Positions 28,820 through 43,010 of a stretch of DNA of 64,000 nt are shown here, in pieces. The translations under genes and the position numbers were made by a program. This DNA comes from Eledone cirrhosa (Eukaryota), in NCBI GenBank assembly GCA_964016885.1, contig OZ024743.1, positions 217,744,001-217,808,000 of the forward strand. Reading direction: 5' to 3'. The notes under the pieces were generated by a model. That model was not told where the DNA came from. It did not search any database and worked only from the letters and a program-made list of their open reading frames with translations. Numbering within the stretch: position 1 is the first letter of the stretch; every line of letters begins with the position of its first letter.

Positions 28820-29823
28820 AATATGTTGAAAAGGTAACACACCAGAGAGAGATATACAGTGCGCTATCAATAAAACAGGGAAAAAACCACCAGTGTATGG
28901 AATCTATAACCTATGAAAGGCAGACTATAGACACGATAATTAAAAATATAAATTAAAGCGTAAATAAATACCTCTATAACTATATAACACACATACAAAT
29001 CCAAAGAGAGGTTTCGCCAGTAATTTGTTGACAGAAATGGAATAACCTCGGTTCATCAGCGTGTGTTAGGCTATACATTTCAGACAACACTAAGAGAATT
29101 TTAAAAGTGACTGTCTAGCTACACGTGGGAGAGAGAAGTCACAGCGTGTTTAAGGGCAGTGAACCAGTGGCCCCTGAGGGACGAGCTGCTAGAAAGGGCA
29201 GCCCAAAACCACTCAGAGAAGTGTGATCAACCAAACAGAGATATAGGAAAGACTGTTATAAGGAGCGAAATATCACGATAAATTAACGGAGCCATAGGCC
29301 CTCGCCATTCCCTGTAAATAATGTGCTCAAAGGAGAAGAAATCCTGAGCTCTTTAAAATACAATATGTTGAAAAGGTAACACACCAGAGAGAGATATACA
29401 GTCACGCTGTGACTTCTCTCTCCCACGTGTAGCTGGACAGTCACTTTTCAAATTCTCTTAGTGTTGTCTGAAATGTATAGCCTTACACACGCTGATGAAC
29501 CGAGGTTATTCCATTTCTATCAACAAATTACTGGCTAAACATCTCTTTGGATTTGTACGTGTGTTATATAGTTATAGAGGTATTTATTTACGCTTTAATT
29601 TATATTTTTAATTATCGTGTCTATAGTTTGCCTTTCATAGGTTATAGATTCCATAGACTGGTGGTTTTTTCCTTGTTTTATTGATAGCGCACTGTATATA
29701 TCTCCTTCTCTGGTGTGTTACCTTTTCAACATATTGTATTTTAAAGAGCTCAGGATTTCTTCTCCTTTGAGCACATTATTTACAGAGAATGGCGAGGGCC
29801 TATGGCTCCGTTAATTTATCGTG

Positions 29824-29826
<3 letters not shown>
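28820..29826. mobile_element. Hammerhead-carrying repeat family E: 542-nt tandem unit (28821-29402) plus inverted partial copy (29403-29826)
   Basis: atatgttgaaaaggtaacacaccagagag recurs at 28821 and 29363. The reverse-complement copy spans the unit junction. Flanked by (TA)n. Confidence 0.88.
28986..29067 (-). ncRNA. Type-I hammerhead family E
   Basis: aacacacg-CTGATGA-accgag..ctggc-GAAA-cctctctttggatttg-TA-tgtgtgtt. The + copy at 29485-29564 has GAAA changed to TAAA. Stem II is weak. Confidence 0.6.
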
Positions 29827-29858
<32 letters not shown>

Positions 29859-29859
29859 T

Positions 29860-30146
<287 letters not shown>

Positions 30147-30236
30147 TGTTTGTATACACATATACATATATAAATACGAGCTAACAATTGTTATCGGTAT
30201 GGTGAACTAACTGTTGTGTAACCACTTCTATACATA

Positions 30237-30285
<49 letters not shown>

Positions 30286-31149
30286 ATATTGGTATAGATA
30301 TTATGGCCCTTTTTATTTTTGCACCAGCAACATTCTGTAAGAAAAAAGTAACCGACTCATTGTTGTCATTATGCTGGCCATTATTTTGTTTTACTTTTTT
30401 ATATTTCCTTGTTTTTCTCATATTGTGGTTTCACTGGCTTTTTGACTATATTTGTTTTACTTTTGTGTCTGGTTTGTAATATTTCTATAGTCATTGTGTG
30501 GCAGAAGCTTGGTGAGATCATTAAGAAATTAAGAAGTTTACTTCGCAAGTATTAGTCCCACTGCATGGTTTTTAGAGCAATCATAGAATCAGATCAACCC
30601 ATGACTTGGAAGTAAAGATATGTACACGGAGACTGTTTTGAAGCCAAGTGTCATAAGGAATCCCCTTCAGAATTATGTTACGGTTACACGCATCTGTGAA
30701 TATACGCATGTGTGGAACGTTCAGCCACGTACATATTAATTTTATGAGCAGGTTGTTCATTAAATCTAACAGCGGAAAATCGCATCGTAGAAACCGACGT
30801 GCATTTATTTCATAGATATTGTAGATGATGTTTTGGGGTTATTTCTGGGTGGGTGGGGAGGTTCGTTTGCTGCCTATTAGTTACTACTCAGCTCTATTGG
30901 AGTAAAGATGTGATCACAGGCGTTCAGCAATCACTACATTGTCATTCTTTCACACCACACACACGTTATCTACTCTGACTCTATTATTAATTTTGAAGAG
31001 GGTAAAGTTAGCTATGTTAATTCTCATAATGTTAACTACGCGAAGCAGATAAACTCATGAGAGTTGGGAAGATGCTCTTTGAGAAACATTCCCTACTAGA
31101 TAACACAACTTTCACACCCAGGTAAATAGCACAACAACACTGCAAAACC

Positions 31150-32190
31150 TATGGTAGAAAAACTGCATGCGTATCCAGAGACATTATACATAACTATGTT
31201 GCCCGAATTCCTCAAAGGAAGAGTAATATAGATGAGCAAAGCAATCTGTTTGATCAACAACCGGTATTTTGGCTTCCACTTTAAAAGATATAATTTTGTA
31301 GTCCAAGAAAAGCAAATAACAATAAAATGGCTAACGCACAAAAGAGGATGCAGGTAAAACACTTAGATATGACAACAGACGCAGACGCTGCATAACAACT
31401 ATCGACGATCTCATCCAGCTTATAAGCAGTTGTCTAAAGATATGAACACGATACTACCTACCTATGTGGCATGATGTAGTGCCCAAAACACCATACAATG
31501 CAATGCGTAGAAAATATAGCCCTGAGAACAAATGTATAAAAAGGTGCTATGGTGTGGTGGACATGTGTATACAAAATATAAAAGAATATACATGGAATGG
31601 TCCAGTCAAATCCGCAATAAAATGCAAATATATCATACCAGACAGTCGTAAGGGTCAGAAAAAAACCGTTGCACAGTTGTCTAATTCAGTCTGCCTAACA
31701 TGTGACAATATAATGGTTTCTTGTATAGGCACAAGGCCAGCAATTCTGGGAGAGGGGAAAGACAATTTAATCGACTCCAGTGCGTGATTAGTACTTTATT
31801 TTATCGACCCCGTAAGGATGAAAGGCAAAGTTAACCGTTGCGGGATTTCTACTCGGATCATGACGGGCCATAACTCTATGCTGCAAAGCATGGTGTCTGA
31901 CGCTCTACCGATACTGCCAATCCAACGCCCTGAACATGTGTCAATATGATCCCAAAGATTGGTGAAAATGAGAACATTTATGCTGAACTAATGAGGTATC
32001 TGCAGCTACTTCACCTTTAGATGTGTACCTGTGCTTATTGTACTCACAGATATATTACTAACTACTTCTGTACAGATTTAGCAAAACTACGCTTCACAGA
32101 ACCAAAACGGGCACGGTTAGTTAGGAAGTTGCAAGTAGAGTCAATTAATGGAACTGTATAAATATGTAAAACATTTTAGAAATTCAGCCT
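31150..32190 (+). pseudogene. Old RLE-type (R4/NeSL-like) non-LTR retrotransposon 3' fragment, split by a SINE
   Basis: Degenerate CRRC..IDDLIQLISSC...YLPMWHDVV, EYTWN.PVKSAIKCKYIIPD, YAELMRYLQLL, VRKLQVESINGTV. Confidence 0.6.
31713..31931 (-). mobile_element. tRNA-derived SINE with TSD of about 15 bp
   Basis: SINE consensus. aacatgtgacaatat (31697-31711) and aacatgtgtcaatat (31933-31947). Confidence 0.85.
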
Positions 32191-32519
32191 GTAATAACTG
32201 CATATATATATATACATGTATATATACAGAAAGATATACACATATAATTCAAAACAAACATATCCACAAATGCAATAACACCTTTATCTCCTTTCGCACA
32301 AGCACAGTCAGGAATACATACATAAATACCTAGTTGATGATGTCTAAATTCCAATTAAAGAGGCCTGTTTCTATGTTAGAAACCGATTCTGCCTCTATGA
32401 AACATTTTAAAAATAATAAAACAGAACATAAGTACATATATCCGCTCATATATATTTACACATATATACATACATACATCCACTCATACATATTTACACA
32501 CAAATATACATACATACGC

Positions 32520-32629
<110 letters not shown>

Positions 32630-32902
32630 TATCCAGCGAATTTCAACCGTTGAGGTTGTCTTTTTTCCGTGTCTGTCAATATTTATTTATAAAACAAATC
32701 TGTATTTATCTGATGAAAGCGCCCCATAATCTACCTTGGTCGCCCTTGAAATATATATAATAAAATAATTATGGTTTTATAAATATAGTTTCCATTTATT
32801 GATATATTGTATATTTACTCCACTAACTTGTTGAGTGCTTTATATCAGTTATAAAAATGTTTAAGCTTGTTGAATCCCAACAAATTAAATATAACCTCTG
32901 CA
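32630..32902 (+). mobile_element. Family D repeat with hammerhead (32703-32767)
   Basis: tatttat-CTGATGA-aagcgcccca..tggtcgccctt-GAAA-tatata-TA-ataaaata. Reverse-complement match to 21157-21400. Between (TA)n tracts. Confidence 0.85.
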
Positions 32903-33508
32903 TATATATATATATATATATATATAATCTTGTATGTATATAATTATGTGTGTGTTTGGGTATGCGCAATTGTGTGCGAATGCATGTATGTGTGTACACA
33001 CACGTGTAGGTCTTAACAACATTGAAACGAATCTAAATTGGATTCCGAAATAACGGAATAGAAGACTTCGATTGCGCTGATTGACTGCTGCTACTGATTG
33101 GCCCGAGAGACACGTAACTGAGTAGAAGATACACATATATCACCAAAGCCCTTTGACATTAGACGCTATCAGACTTCTCTGTTGACTGCCAAATAGGAAT
33201 TTAATGCACCACTGTTTCCATCGGGTCAGAATTCGATATCGTATATTCTAACCTCATTTTTTCCTACCATGTATAAGGGCCCATGAACATGGATGTACCG
33301 AAAGAAATTAATATCACTTGGCGGTTTCTAAACTTAATAATATTCTATCCTTCACTCTATGTCTCTGTTTATATCATCTCTCTCTCTCTATCACTCTCTC
33401 TCTCTCTCTCACTCTCTCACACACACACACACTCTTTCGCACACACACACTCTCTCTCTCTCTTTCGCCACGTCCATATATAATATCCATACGCAAAATC
33501 AGACTCAC

Positions 33509-33546
<38 letters not shown>

Positions 33547-33686
33547 GGGTCTATGATTTTCAGCCCCATGGATTTTATCTGTTACATGAATTTATTATAT
33601 TTCGAATACCTGATGATATCAGCGGATTCATACGGAACCCGGTCATTGAAACATATATGATGATTTCTCACGAATGTAACAGTTCT

Positions 33687-33812
<126 letters not shown>

Positions 33813-33875
33813 TACTACACACATATATGATGATTTATCACGAATTAAACAGTTCTAGTCCTATATATATATATA

Positions 33876-34808
<933 letters not shown>

Positions 34809-34809
34809 T

Positions 34810-36655
34810 GCTTATTTTTTTTTTCAATATATATATTTATTTGGTTCCTCTACCGGTTTCGCAGTTCTTCTGCTTTTCAAAAGGTGAGTTGAGATGGAGG
34901 GTCTGTGGTTTTGCTCACATCTGGTTGGTCTCTGAATGTTACTTGTTTTATATGGAAAAAGTGGCTCGAAATGCCAGGTTTTTCGAGAAGTAATTTGATT
35001 GGTTTGTCAATAATTATAATAAATTTCGCGCCAGTTCGCGTTACAATAGTTCTTCAAATAAGAGAGGGGGGGTTGTCACAGGTTGTTTTTTCATATATGA
35101 GTGTTTGAATTTCTTTTTACTTGAAAAAAGGAGGCTCACGAAGGCTTTTTTTTCGTTGGTTATAAATGAAATTTGGCTGTAACGTGAACAAGTTTTCATT
35201 ACATTTTTGCGCCCTTATTTGGAAAACTATTCTGTAGTCTTTATAGTGAATGTTATGACAATGGAGAGATAGTGGTCAAGAGAAAAGGGATTGGGAGAAA
35301 TGTTCTGGTTCAGTGAATATGGCCAGCTCGCCGGGGTGTCAGTGTTCAGATTTTCTATTGAAGTGAAGATATGTATGTTTATTTGTGTGCTTGTGTGTGT
35401 GTATGTGTGTGTGTGTGTGTGTGTATGTGTGTATTGGGAGATGATTCTATTAGTAGAGATGGGGGATGGAGTTGTGTGTGTGTGTATATGGGTGTTATGT
35501 GTGCGTCTGCGAGTATGTTAAGATGGAGAGAATATATATTTTGTGTGTGTGTATATATATATGTGTGTAGGAAAGTGGTTCTATTAGTAAAAATGGGGAG
35601 GGAGTTGTAGGTGTGGGGGTTGTTATGTGTGTGTATGGGTGTTATGTGTGTGGGAGTATGGTTAGCATGTTAAGATGAAGAGAATATATATATATATATA
35701 TATATATTGTGTGTGTGTGTAGGAAAGTGATTCCTTTAGTAGGAATATTTTTGAATGAACATATTTTCCTTACTTTTTCGTGGTTGCTGTTGTGTTGCCA
35801 GTGCAAACGTATGTTAAGGTTTATTTAGTTCGGGTTTTTATTTTCTAAAGTAGAAGGTGTTATGTGTGTGTGTGTGTGTATGTCATATTGTGGTGTTAGC
35901 ATAATGTATATTAAACCTTATTTAATGTTGGTCTATATTTTTGAATAAACATATTTTCCTTAATTATTCGCATTTGTTCTGTTGTATTGTTAGCGCAAAG
36001 GTAAAATGGGAAGACTTGGAATTTGGGTATCTTATTAATTGCGCAAATGTCTAGATGTGTACTTAGTGGTATCTGTCTCGTGGTTGGATCTCGTAATTGT
36101 TGGCGATGAACTGTCATTCTGTTTCTGAGTGTGAGTTTAGTTTGTCCTATATAATCTTCATTGCATCCTTTACATTTAATGGCATAAATTAGATTTTTTG
36201 ATGAGCAAGTGAAGTGATTTTTTTACAGTAAAATTTTGTCCTGATTTAAATGTATACGTGTTGCCTTCAATGAGGTGAGTGCAGGTTCCACAATTAGAGC
36301 GACCACATTTTTTGATACTTGGTTGTGGGTTTGTGGTCGGTAATTTTGCATTGGTGAGTAATGTTTTCAGTGATTTTGGTTGTCTTTTGCTTTTGATTAT
36401 TTTGTGTGTTTCAAGGGTTTTTTTCATTCTTGGGTTTTGTTTTAGTAGTGGGATGTTATAGTGAATAGTGTTGTAAGCTTCCGCATTTCTTGGGTTGTGT
36501 GTTGAGATATATGATAGAATATTGGACGTACCTTGAATTTGTTTCTGTTTCCGTAATTCATCAATGCCTATTGCTTTAGCCCTTTCTATTCCATTATTTA
36601 TTAGTAATAGTGGGTACTCTCTCTCGAGTAGAGTTTCCTTTAATACTTTCACTCG
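34810..36655 (-). mobile_element. 5'-truncated Neptune/Nematis-like Penelope element (thumb end, Zn-linker, GIY-YIG, long 3' UTR with hammerhead)
   Basis: ORF 36176..36652 has LLEREYP and CGRSNCGTC. It continues across frameshifts as NL.YAI.CKGCNEDYIGQT...RNRMTVH..HL..KENMFIQKYRPTLN to 35911. Confidence 0.85.
34847..34884 (-). ncRNA. Hammerhead family A (UUGAAAA core)
   Basis: cctt-TTGAAAA-gcag aagaa ctgc-GAAA-ccgg-TA-gagg. Confidence 0.72.
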
Positions 36656-36700
36656 TGTAGGACACCTCGGTTATTTTTCATTTTGTAAAAAAAACCTCAC

Positions 36701-36740
<40 letters not shown>

Positions 36741-36969
36741 TCTCTTCCTGTCTTCCTCCGGTTGCAACGTTTTTTGAAATATCCAGTTCTGCGTTTACAG
36801 ATTGACTTTGTTAGTTTCAGAAGATCCCGTTAAGGGTGAAAGCAGCGATTCTTTGCTTAAACTTTATTCTGTTATTTAATAAATATTTGCTCTACGGTTC
36901 TTATATATTTGATATATATTTATCCTTATCGAGCCCTCTTTGGATTTTAGTCTTCAAGTTTATTATTAT

Positions 36970-37013
<44 letters not shown>

Positions 37014-37693
37014 TACTGTATATTCATATATAACAAGCTGTAGGGAGGACGCAGTCGAGATTTGCATCGCCCAAGATTGTTTTTATTGTGCATTATTTAA
37101 ATTTCCTTCAATTCGAAACGGACACCCGAAATACCAGAAAAGTCTCTTCTGACAGAATTATAATAATTTTCTCGTATATCCAAATATATCTGCGCGTTAT
37201 TATGTGTATGTTTGTGTATGCATAGGGGAGGGGGCGGGGCGAATTAATATCCATAGCAATTGCCAGATAGGGGATGTGATATCTTCTCTATAACTTAGGA
37301 AACCATTGCTTAAATAAGTCATGATCCTTTGGAGATTAATTATCTTCATGGTTTCTATATTTTCCTGAAAATACTATGACTTTGAAAATAGTGAAGTTCT
37401 TCGCTATACATTAATGCCTGTTCCGTGATAAAAAAATGTGTCATAATACAATATCTTATGTAAAAGTATATAATGTAAAAATCACTAAATAGGTAAATGG
37501 TAACTAACCACTTCTACCATTACTCAGCTCAACTGGGTAATTCAATACAATGGCTTGTCTCCCTGATCAAATAAAATGGGTTCTGTGGATTGATTCCATA
37601 TTCCAATAAGGGTTTATATCTATTAGTAGTCTGGATTTTATAATTCATAAAAATATACTTAGTGAAGATTTTTTGTTTTCAAATACATATTTA

Positions 37694-37876
37694 CGATGGT
37701 CTGCTGAAAGGTTCACAGGTTCACTAGGGCTGTGAAATCTTCGCATGCATTAATTTCAACTCTTCCGACTAATAACTGCCTTGTTTCTTTTTAGGGACTA
37801 TGTTGAAAAATATACCTTATTTTCTCATTCCATGAGAGAATCTTGGTCAGTCTAATCACTTTTCAGCCGATCCTCG
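37694..37876. mobile_element. Tc1/mariner-type MITE, TA TSD (TIRs related to 14391-14583)
   Basis: ta-cgatggtctgctgaaaggttcacagg ... gtcagtctaatcacttttcagccgatcctcg-ta. Confidence 0.7.
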
Positions 37877-39573
37877 TACATTAAATGAAGAGATTCTTTC
37901 ATTTTGTTAGAAGGGGATTAATAACAGTTCGTTTCCTTGAATTTGAGACTTGAAACTCCTGAACATAATCAATTGGTTATATGTATGTGGTAATGTATAT
38001 GTGTTTAGGTGTATTTGCGTGCGTGTAGATCTTAACAACTTCGAAGCGAATCTAAATTGGGTTCTGAAATAAACGGATGGACGATTCCGCTTGTGCTAAT
38101 GCACTCCCTGACCAATCGAAATCTCTGCAGTGGAATGAAACTCAAATCCTATCTGGTATTTATTACTAGTGGAATTGTGATGTTATCAAATGCTTTAAGT
38201 CACTTTTTTTTTTGTTAATGATTTGAGGTAGAATTAGCTGCTATTTCTTATTATTGAGTGTTTTAGTGGAGACTCCAAATTGGACTGTCTGTGGTGACTT
38301 ACTAAAAAACCATTTATGTTATATGAGCTATATGAGGCATGTGATTGCAGTTGGCATGAAATTGCAGTTGGCATTTGCTTGTAGTTGACATGTGAATGCA
38401 ATTGGCATGTGAATGCAAGGTTTACTTGTTTTGTATTACGATCCTTTGATACTTGTTATATGTATGCGGTTAATTTCGAGTAACATTTTGCATGTATTAC
38501 ACGTCTTCTTGTATGAAATGCTTGATCTATTTTGTTTAAGTATTGTTGCAGATGTCAATGATGTAACTTACGTATCTAATGAATGTACAGTCATTCGCCT
38601 TCGCAGATAATAAACATAACAGTAGACATTCAAACACCAGTGATGCCAATGTTAATACAACCAAGTGGATATAATGGATGTAGGAATTATCAGCTAGTTA
38701 TAGGTTGTCTATTCACTCCACACCAATATCTGCTGTGTTCAATGATCTACCCATACATCCCATAAATAAATACAAATTATAACATAATGTTTCTGAGTCA
38801 ACAACCTTAATAAATGACTTTCTATATATTCTTTACAACCAATTTTAATGAATTGAAAAAATGTCCAAACATACATGAATCCTAGTATATAGATATGTCC
38901 TTTCTTAAATGTCATAGACAATCATTATAATAACTAATTTATTTAAAACAGAGGTCCGGTTTTTTTTTTTTTGGGGGGGGGGGGGGGGGTGTGAGAAAAT
39001 CAAGTTTTTAAATATTGTAAAAATAGTCAGTCAACTAGCTCGAAGGACAGAATTGATTATGAAATAACTAATTGTTTCATTTATTTTAACCTAAATTTCC
39101 ATCTCAAGGTTCATTGTCTGGTCAATAAAATACAATTAGTTGAGAAAATTTTAGTTGCTGAAATACATCAAAACTAGAGCCATAAATTCCGACAATTTCA
39201 CAAACACTCACATACACGTATTCTCACATGTACACACACAAAATGCAGACAACCACATACACACAATTTACACTCACACGTGATTTTTTTACAAAATAGA
39301 AATAAAAATATTTTTGACTAGGTCGATGAATAGCTTAAAAGATCACCAAGCAAGTTCGCAATAAAATAGAATTCAGCAAACCGTACGTCTGATCATATTA
39401 TCAGCAACATGGAGATTCTATTTAGTATTCGGCATATTTTAGTGTTAAAACCCATAAAACAGTTTAAATTTAATTATAAAAGACACTACAAAGCAATAAA
39501 TGTCTTTAAAGCTTGTTAACTTAATAATTTACAACATTTTAGCAATTATTGTCATTATTTTTTTATCCTTTCT

Positions 39574-39615
<42 letters not shown>

Positions 39616-40358
39616 CCATTTTCTACGTAATAACATTTTCTTGAAAATGCATTACAGAAAGAGTATTTTAAAGAATTTGTTGCTTTTCCAATTACGTTTT
39701 TTTATCTCAAAACCTCTAAGCTCGCTGACAGAGTGATTTACAGATTAAAACAAAGATTTTTCGATATATTTTTACTATTATGCTTTACTATTTGTTGTAG
39801 CCACTATATTCCTATTTAGTTAAAATCCAGTTACTTCAAGTACTTGGCATTATAAAAAATATCTTTCCGATTCCAATTGAAATCCGTGATGTAGAAAGAA
39901 TGATCAAAATTACACACGTTTCAGCAAAAACAAAATATATGCACGCACATCGAAACATAGAGAAAATCGGTCATATACATTCAACTGCATATTCTATTTA
40001 CAGAGGATCCGACGGTTAATATTCAGGGAAAGTTACAAATACGTAAAGGAGATGTTCATGTATTTCTCAAAACAATGTACAATATTATTAAAATGATCCT
40101 TAATGTGAAACAAAACGTGTTGGGTGAGTGTTATGAACTTGTTCGTCAACACCATTCTAAAGGTTTAACATAGCATTACAAAAGAGATTATAGTATTAAC
40201 GAATAGAAATCCGAATACTAAGCTATAATGCATCATTCAGTTTGATCTGAAATGGAATGGGTCCTCCAGAAAATTAAGAACACCGATAGAAACACGCGCG
40301 TGTGTGTATGTGAATGAGTGTATGTGCGCATATATATATATATATATATATTATATGT

Positions 40359-40412
<54 letters not shown>

Positions 40413-40784
40413 GATGAGGACCAGTTAAGTCCGAAATGTAGTGACGATTGCCCCCCCCCCCCCGCCTTGCTTCTGCTGGACACGACCAGAGGGCGTGAGC
40501 CCCGGTGTTTTTTGCATAGCTACGGATTTCTAAATGTTTTACCTATAAATATACCCTCTTTCTTTAGAAATATAAAATTTCTATATATATCTATATAGCT
40601 ATGTAATAAACAACATAAGGCAATTATTCCACTTACCAGTGGTTTCTTAAAAGCAAAATATTTTGCTTTCAATCATCAGAATGAAAAAATACATAGATAT
40701 ATATATATATATAGAAATTATATATATATATATATATACATATAGAAATCACATGAATCAAAGTTCTGTTCAAACCATTTATTA

Positions 40785-40829
40785 GCTTACAATTGTTTCG
40801 TCCAAACCGAGGTTGGAGTCTTCGGAGCA
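40785..40829 (-). ncRNA. Hammerhead family F (CCGAAGA core) at the PLE 3' end
   Basis: gct-CCGAAGA-ctccaa cctcggt ttggac-GAAA-caattg-TA-agc. Confidence 0.62.
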
Positions 40830-41021
40830 ATTTTTCAATGATTGTTTACATACATGACCTCCTTTCCAACACAAGAGACATACAGAAACATATGTATATA
40901 TCGATGCACAGTGGGGTGACATCCATTATAATATTTTAGCATGGCAATTTACATTCAAAAATTAAAATCATATTTAAAGAAAATTAAAACAAAATTAAAG
41001 TTAAAATACAACATCGGCAGT

Positions 41022-43010
41022 TTTGGTCAACAGACAAAATGGTTCTTACATGTGAATATGTGCATCTTACTAATTTCATAGCACTAAATTCAGTTTTGAT
41101 ATTCATGTTTTGCTATCGGACCAGAATACCTTAATATGAGATCGAAAATATGTTCCTCGTATTGCATTATTTATCCATTGTGTAACATATGATGACTTAG
41201 ATATAAACATATTAACTTATTAATAAAAAATATATAAACATATTTTTATTTATTTTTTTAACACTTAGTATATTAACAAAACATTTCTGAACAACATTCT
41301 GAACATAGCAAAATATTTCAAAACATTTCTAAACAAATTTCTGGATTTTGCTTTTACGCTTGTTTTTCTGACTCTCCTCACGTTGCAGTGTCCAGCAGTA
41401 GTCGCCCATCATGTTGGGATTGAACCGACCCTGATACCTACTCTCCACTATGAAACCTGGTGAAACCTCTCTCTCCATGTTCATCACTGATGTCTCCTAG
41501 ATTACTTGGGAAGAAATCCAGATGAGAATGGAAGAAATAATGCTTCAACGACATTCGTGAACCCAGAGCGCGATAATTTTGTATTATAGTTTCAACAATT
41601 TCTTTATAGTTGTCTGCACGGTAGTTTCCAAGCAGGTTCTGTGTCACATCTACAAATGATTTCCATGCATTAGTCTCCAAAGGGTTTAGTGTTTTCGTAA
41701 AATCACTATCATTAACCAGCATACGAATCTGAGGACCATTCAAAACCCCTGCTTTTAACTTTGCTTCAGATACCACTCTACCCAATTTCTTACATAAGTA
41801 ATGAAACCCATTACCTGTATGATCCATGCTTTTAATAAAGTTTTTGGCCAAGTCTAATTTGAGATGTAATGGAGGGAGGAATATTTTTTCTGGATCCACG
41901 AAAGGTTTGTACATACAGTTGAATCTACGGGTGCATCCTTTGGTCTTGTTGGCCAATCCTTCTTCATGTAGTGCTCTGCATCTGCTCTACTATTCCACAA
42001 ACATAGAATACACATATGCTTTGTGTAACCAGTCTGAAGACCTAGAAGTAGACTAATTAAGTTGTTTATGACGATGACGAGCGGTTGTAATGCCGACGCC
42101 AGGTTCCAGCAGGTTTCGTTGCTTCAGTCTTGATCCCAGGAGCTCTGCCTTTTCTTTAGACAAATGTAGGTCTTTAATGAGATCGTGAAGAGCTTCCTGG
42201 TTAAATGGTATGGGTTCACTTGTCTCATGTTCGTCTTGACAGTCATCATCAATAGGGGTGCTTTGGAATCAGAATCAGAGATTAGCTCGTGTTCAGCAGG
42301 TGGAACTGGAACAGGTAATTCGTCACTGTGAGGTGCTGGTCGGATTGCTGACGAGATATCGGGGTATTGAAGTGTAGTTCGTGTCTTCACAGTTATTCCT
42401 TGGATGTTTATATGGCAGAAGTAACAATCGTTATTGTGGTCTTTTGGTTCACGCCACACCATTGGTACGGCAAATGGCAAACCAGAGCTTCGTTTCCCAT
42501 TCTTCCATTCACTTAGGTGATTAACACATGACCTACACGCTATATGAAGCGCCCATTTCTTGTCCTAGTCTCCTAATGGACATTTGAAGTAGCATTTGTA
42601 GTTTATTCGAACTGCTTTTGTGATTGGTTTCTTTATGCTTTCTGGGGTAAAGAGTCCACAAATATAGCAAAATCGGTCCGGGTCATTTACACATTTCCGG
42701 CGTTCCATCTCTCCCACTAGTCAAAGTTGTTGTGAATTATCCAAGAATAGCTGAGGATAGTTACAATTCTGTGATCTAAAACAAAAGCAGTAAATATACA
42801 TTAGTTAACAACTAAATATAGTGGATACAATTGGATGAAGTAATATGAGCCACATAGCTATGGGTCATAAACATGGATATGCTGGTTCTTGGAAACTAGA
42901 CCCGATACAGCTTAACCGTTGTCATATTCAGATTCTGCACACTTGGTTACCCTAGAATCATACTAAATTATACCAGAACCATGAAATGAATATTTTTTTG
43001 TTGACCAGGG
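41022..43010 (-). mobile_element. Chapaev3-like (CMC superfamily) DNA transposon, decayed
   Basis: Imperfect TIRs tggtcaacagacaaaat / atttttttgttgaccaggg enclose the transposase remnants. Confidence 0.75.
41340..42708 (-). pseudogene. Chapaev3-like transposase (internally deleted, frameshifted)
   Basis: CVNDPDRFCYICG, PMVWREPKDHNNDCYFC, LPPLHLKL, KLKAGVLNGPQIR, MSLKHYFFHSHLDFFPSNLGDISDEHGER, MMGDYCW. Confidence 0.8.

Noticed and set aside
33604-33667. CTGATGA..GAAACATATATG hammerhead-like motif
   Set aside because: The cleavage triplet is not NUH and stems I/II are poor. Probably a decayed hammerhead; not counted.
36815-36850. cagaaga-tccc/gggt-GAAA motif
   Set aside because: Core is mutated and there is no stem I/III support.
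40411-40442. atgatga-ggac/gtcc-GAAA motif
   Set aside because: C3 and stem I are missing (truncated at the TA tract). Cannot be called a ribozyme.
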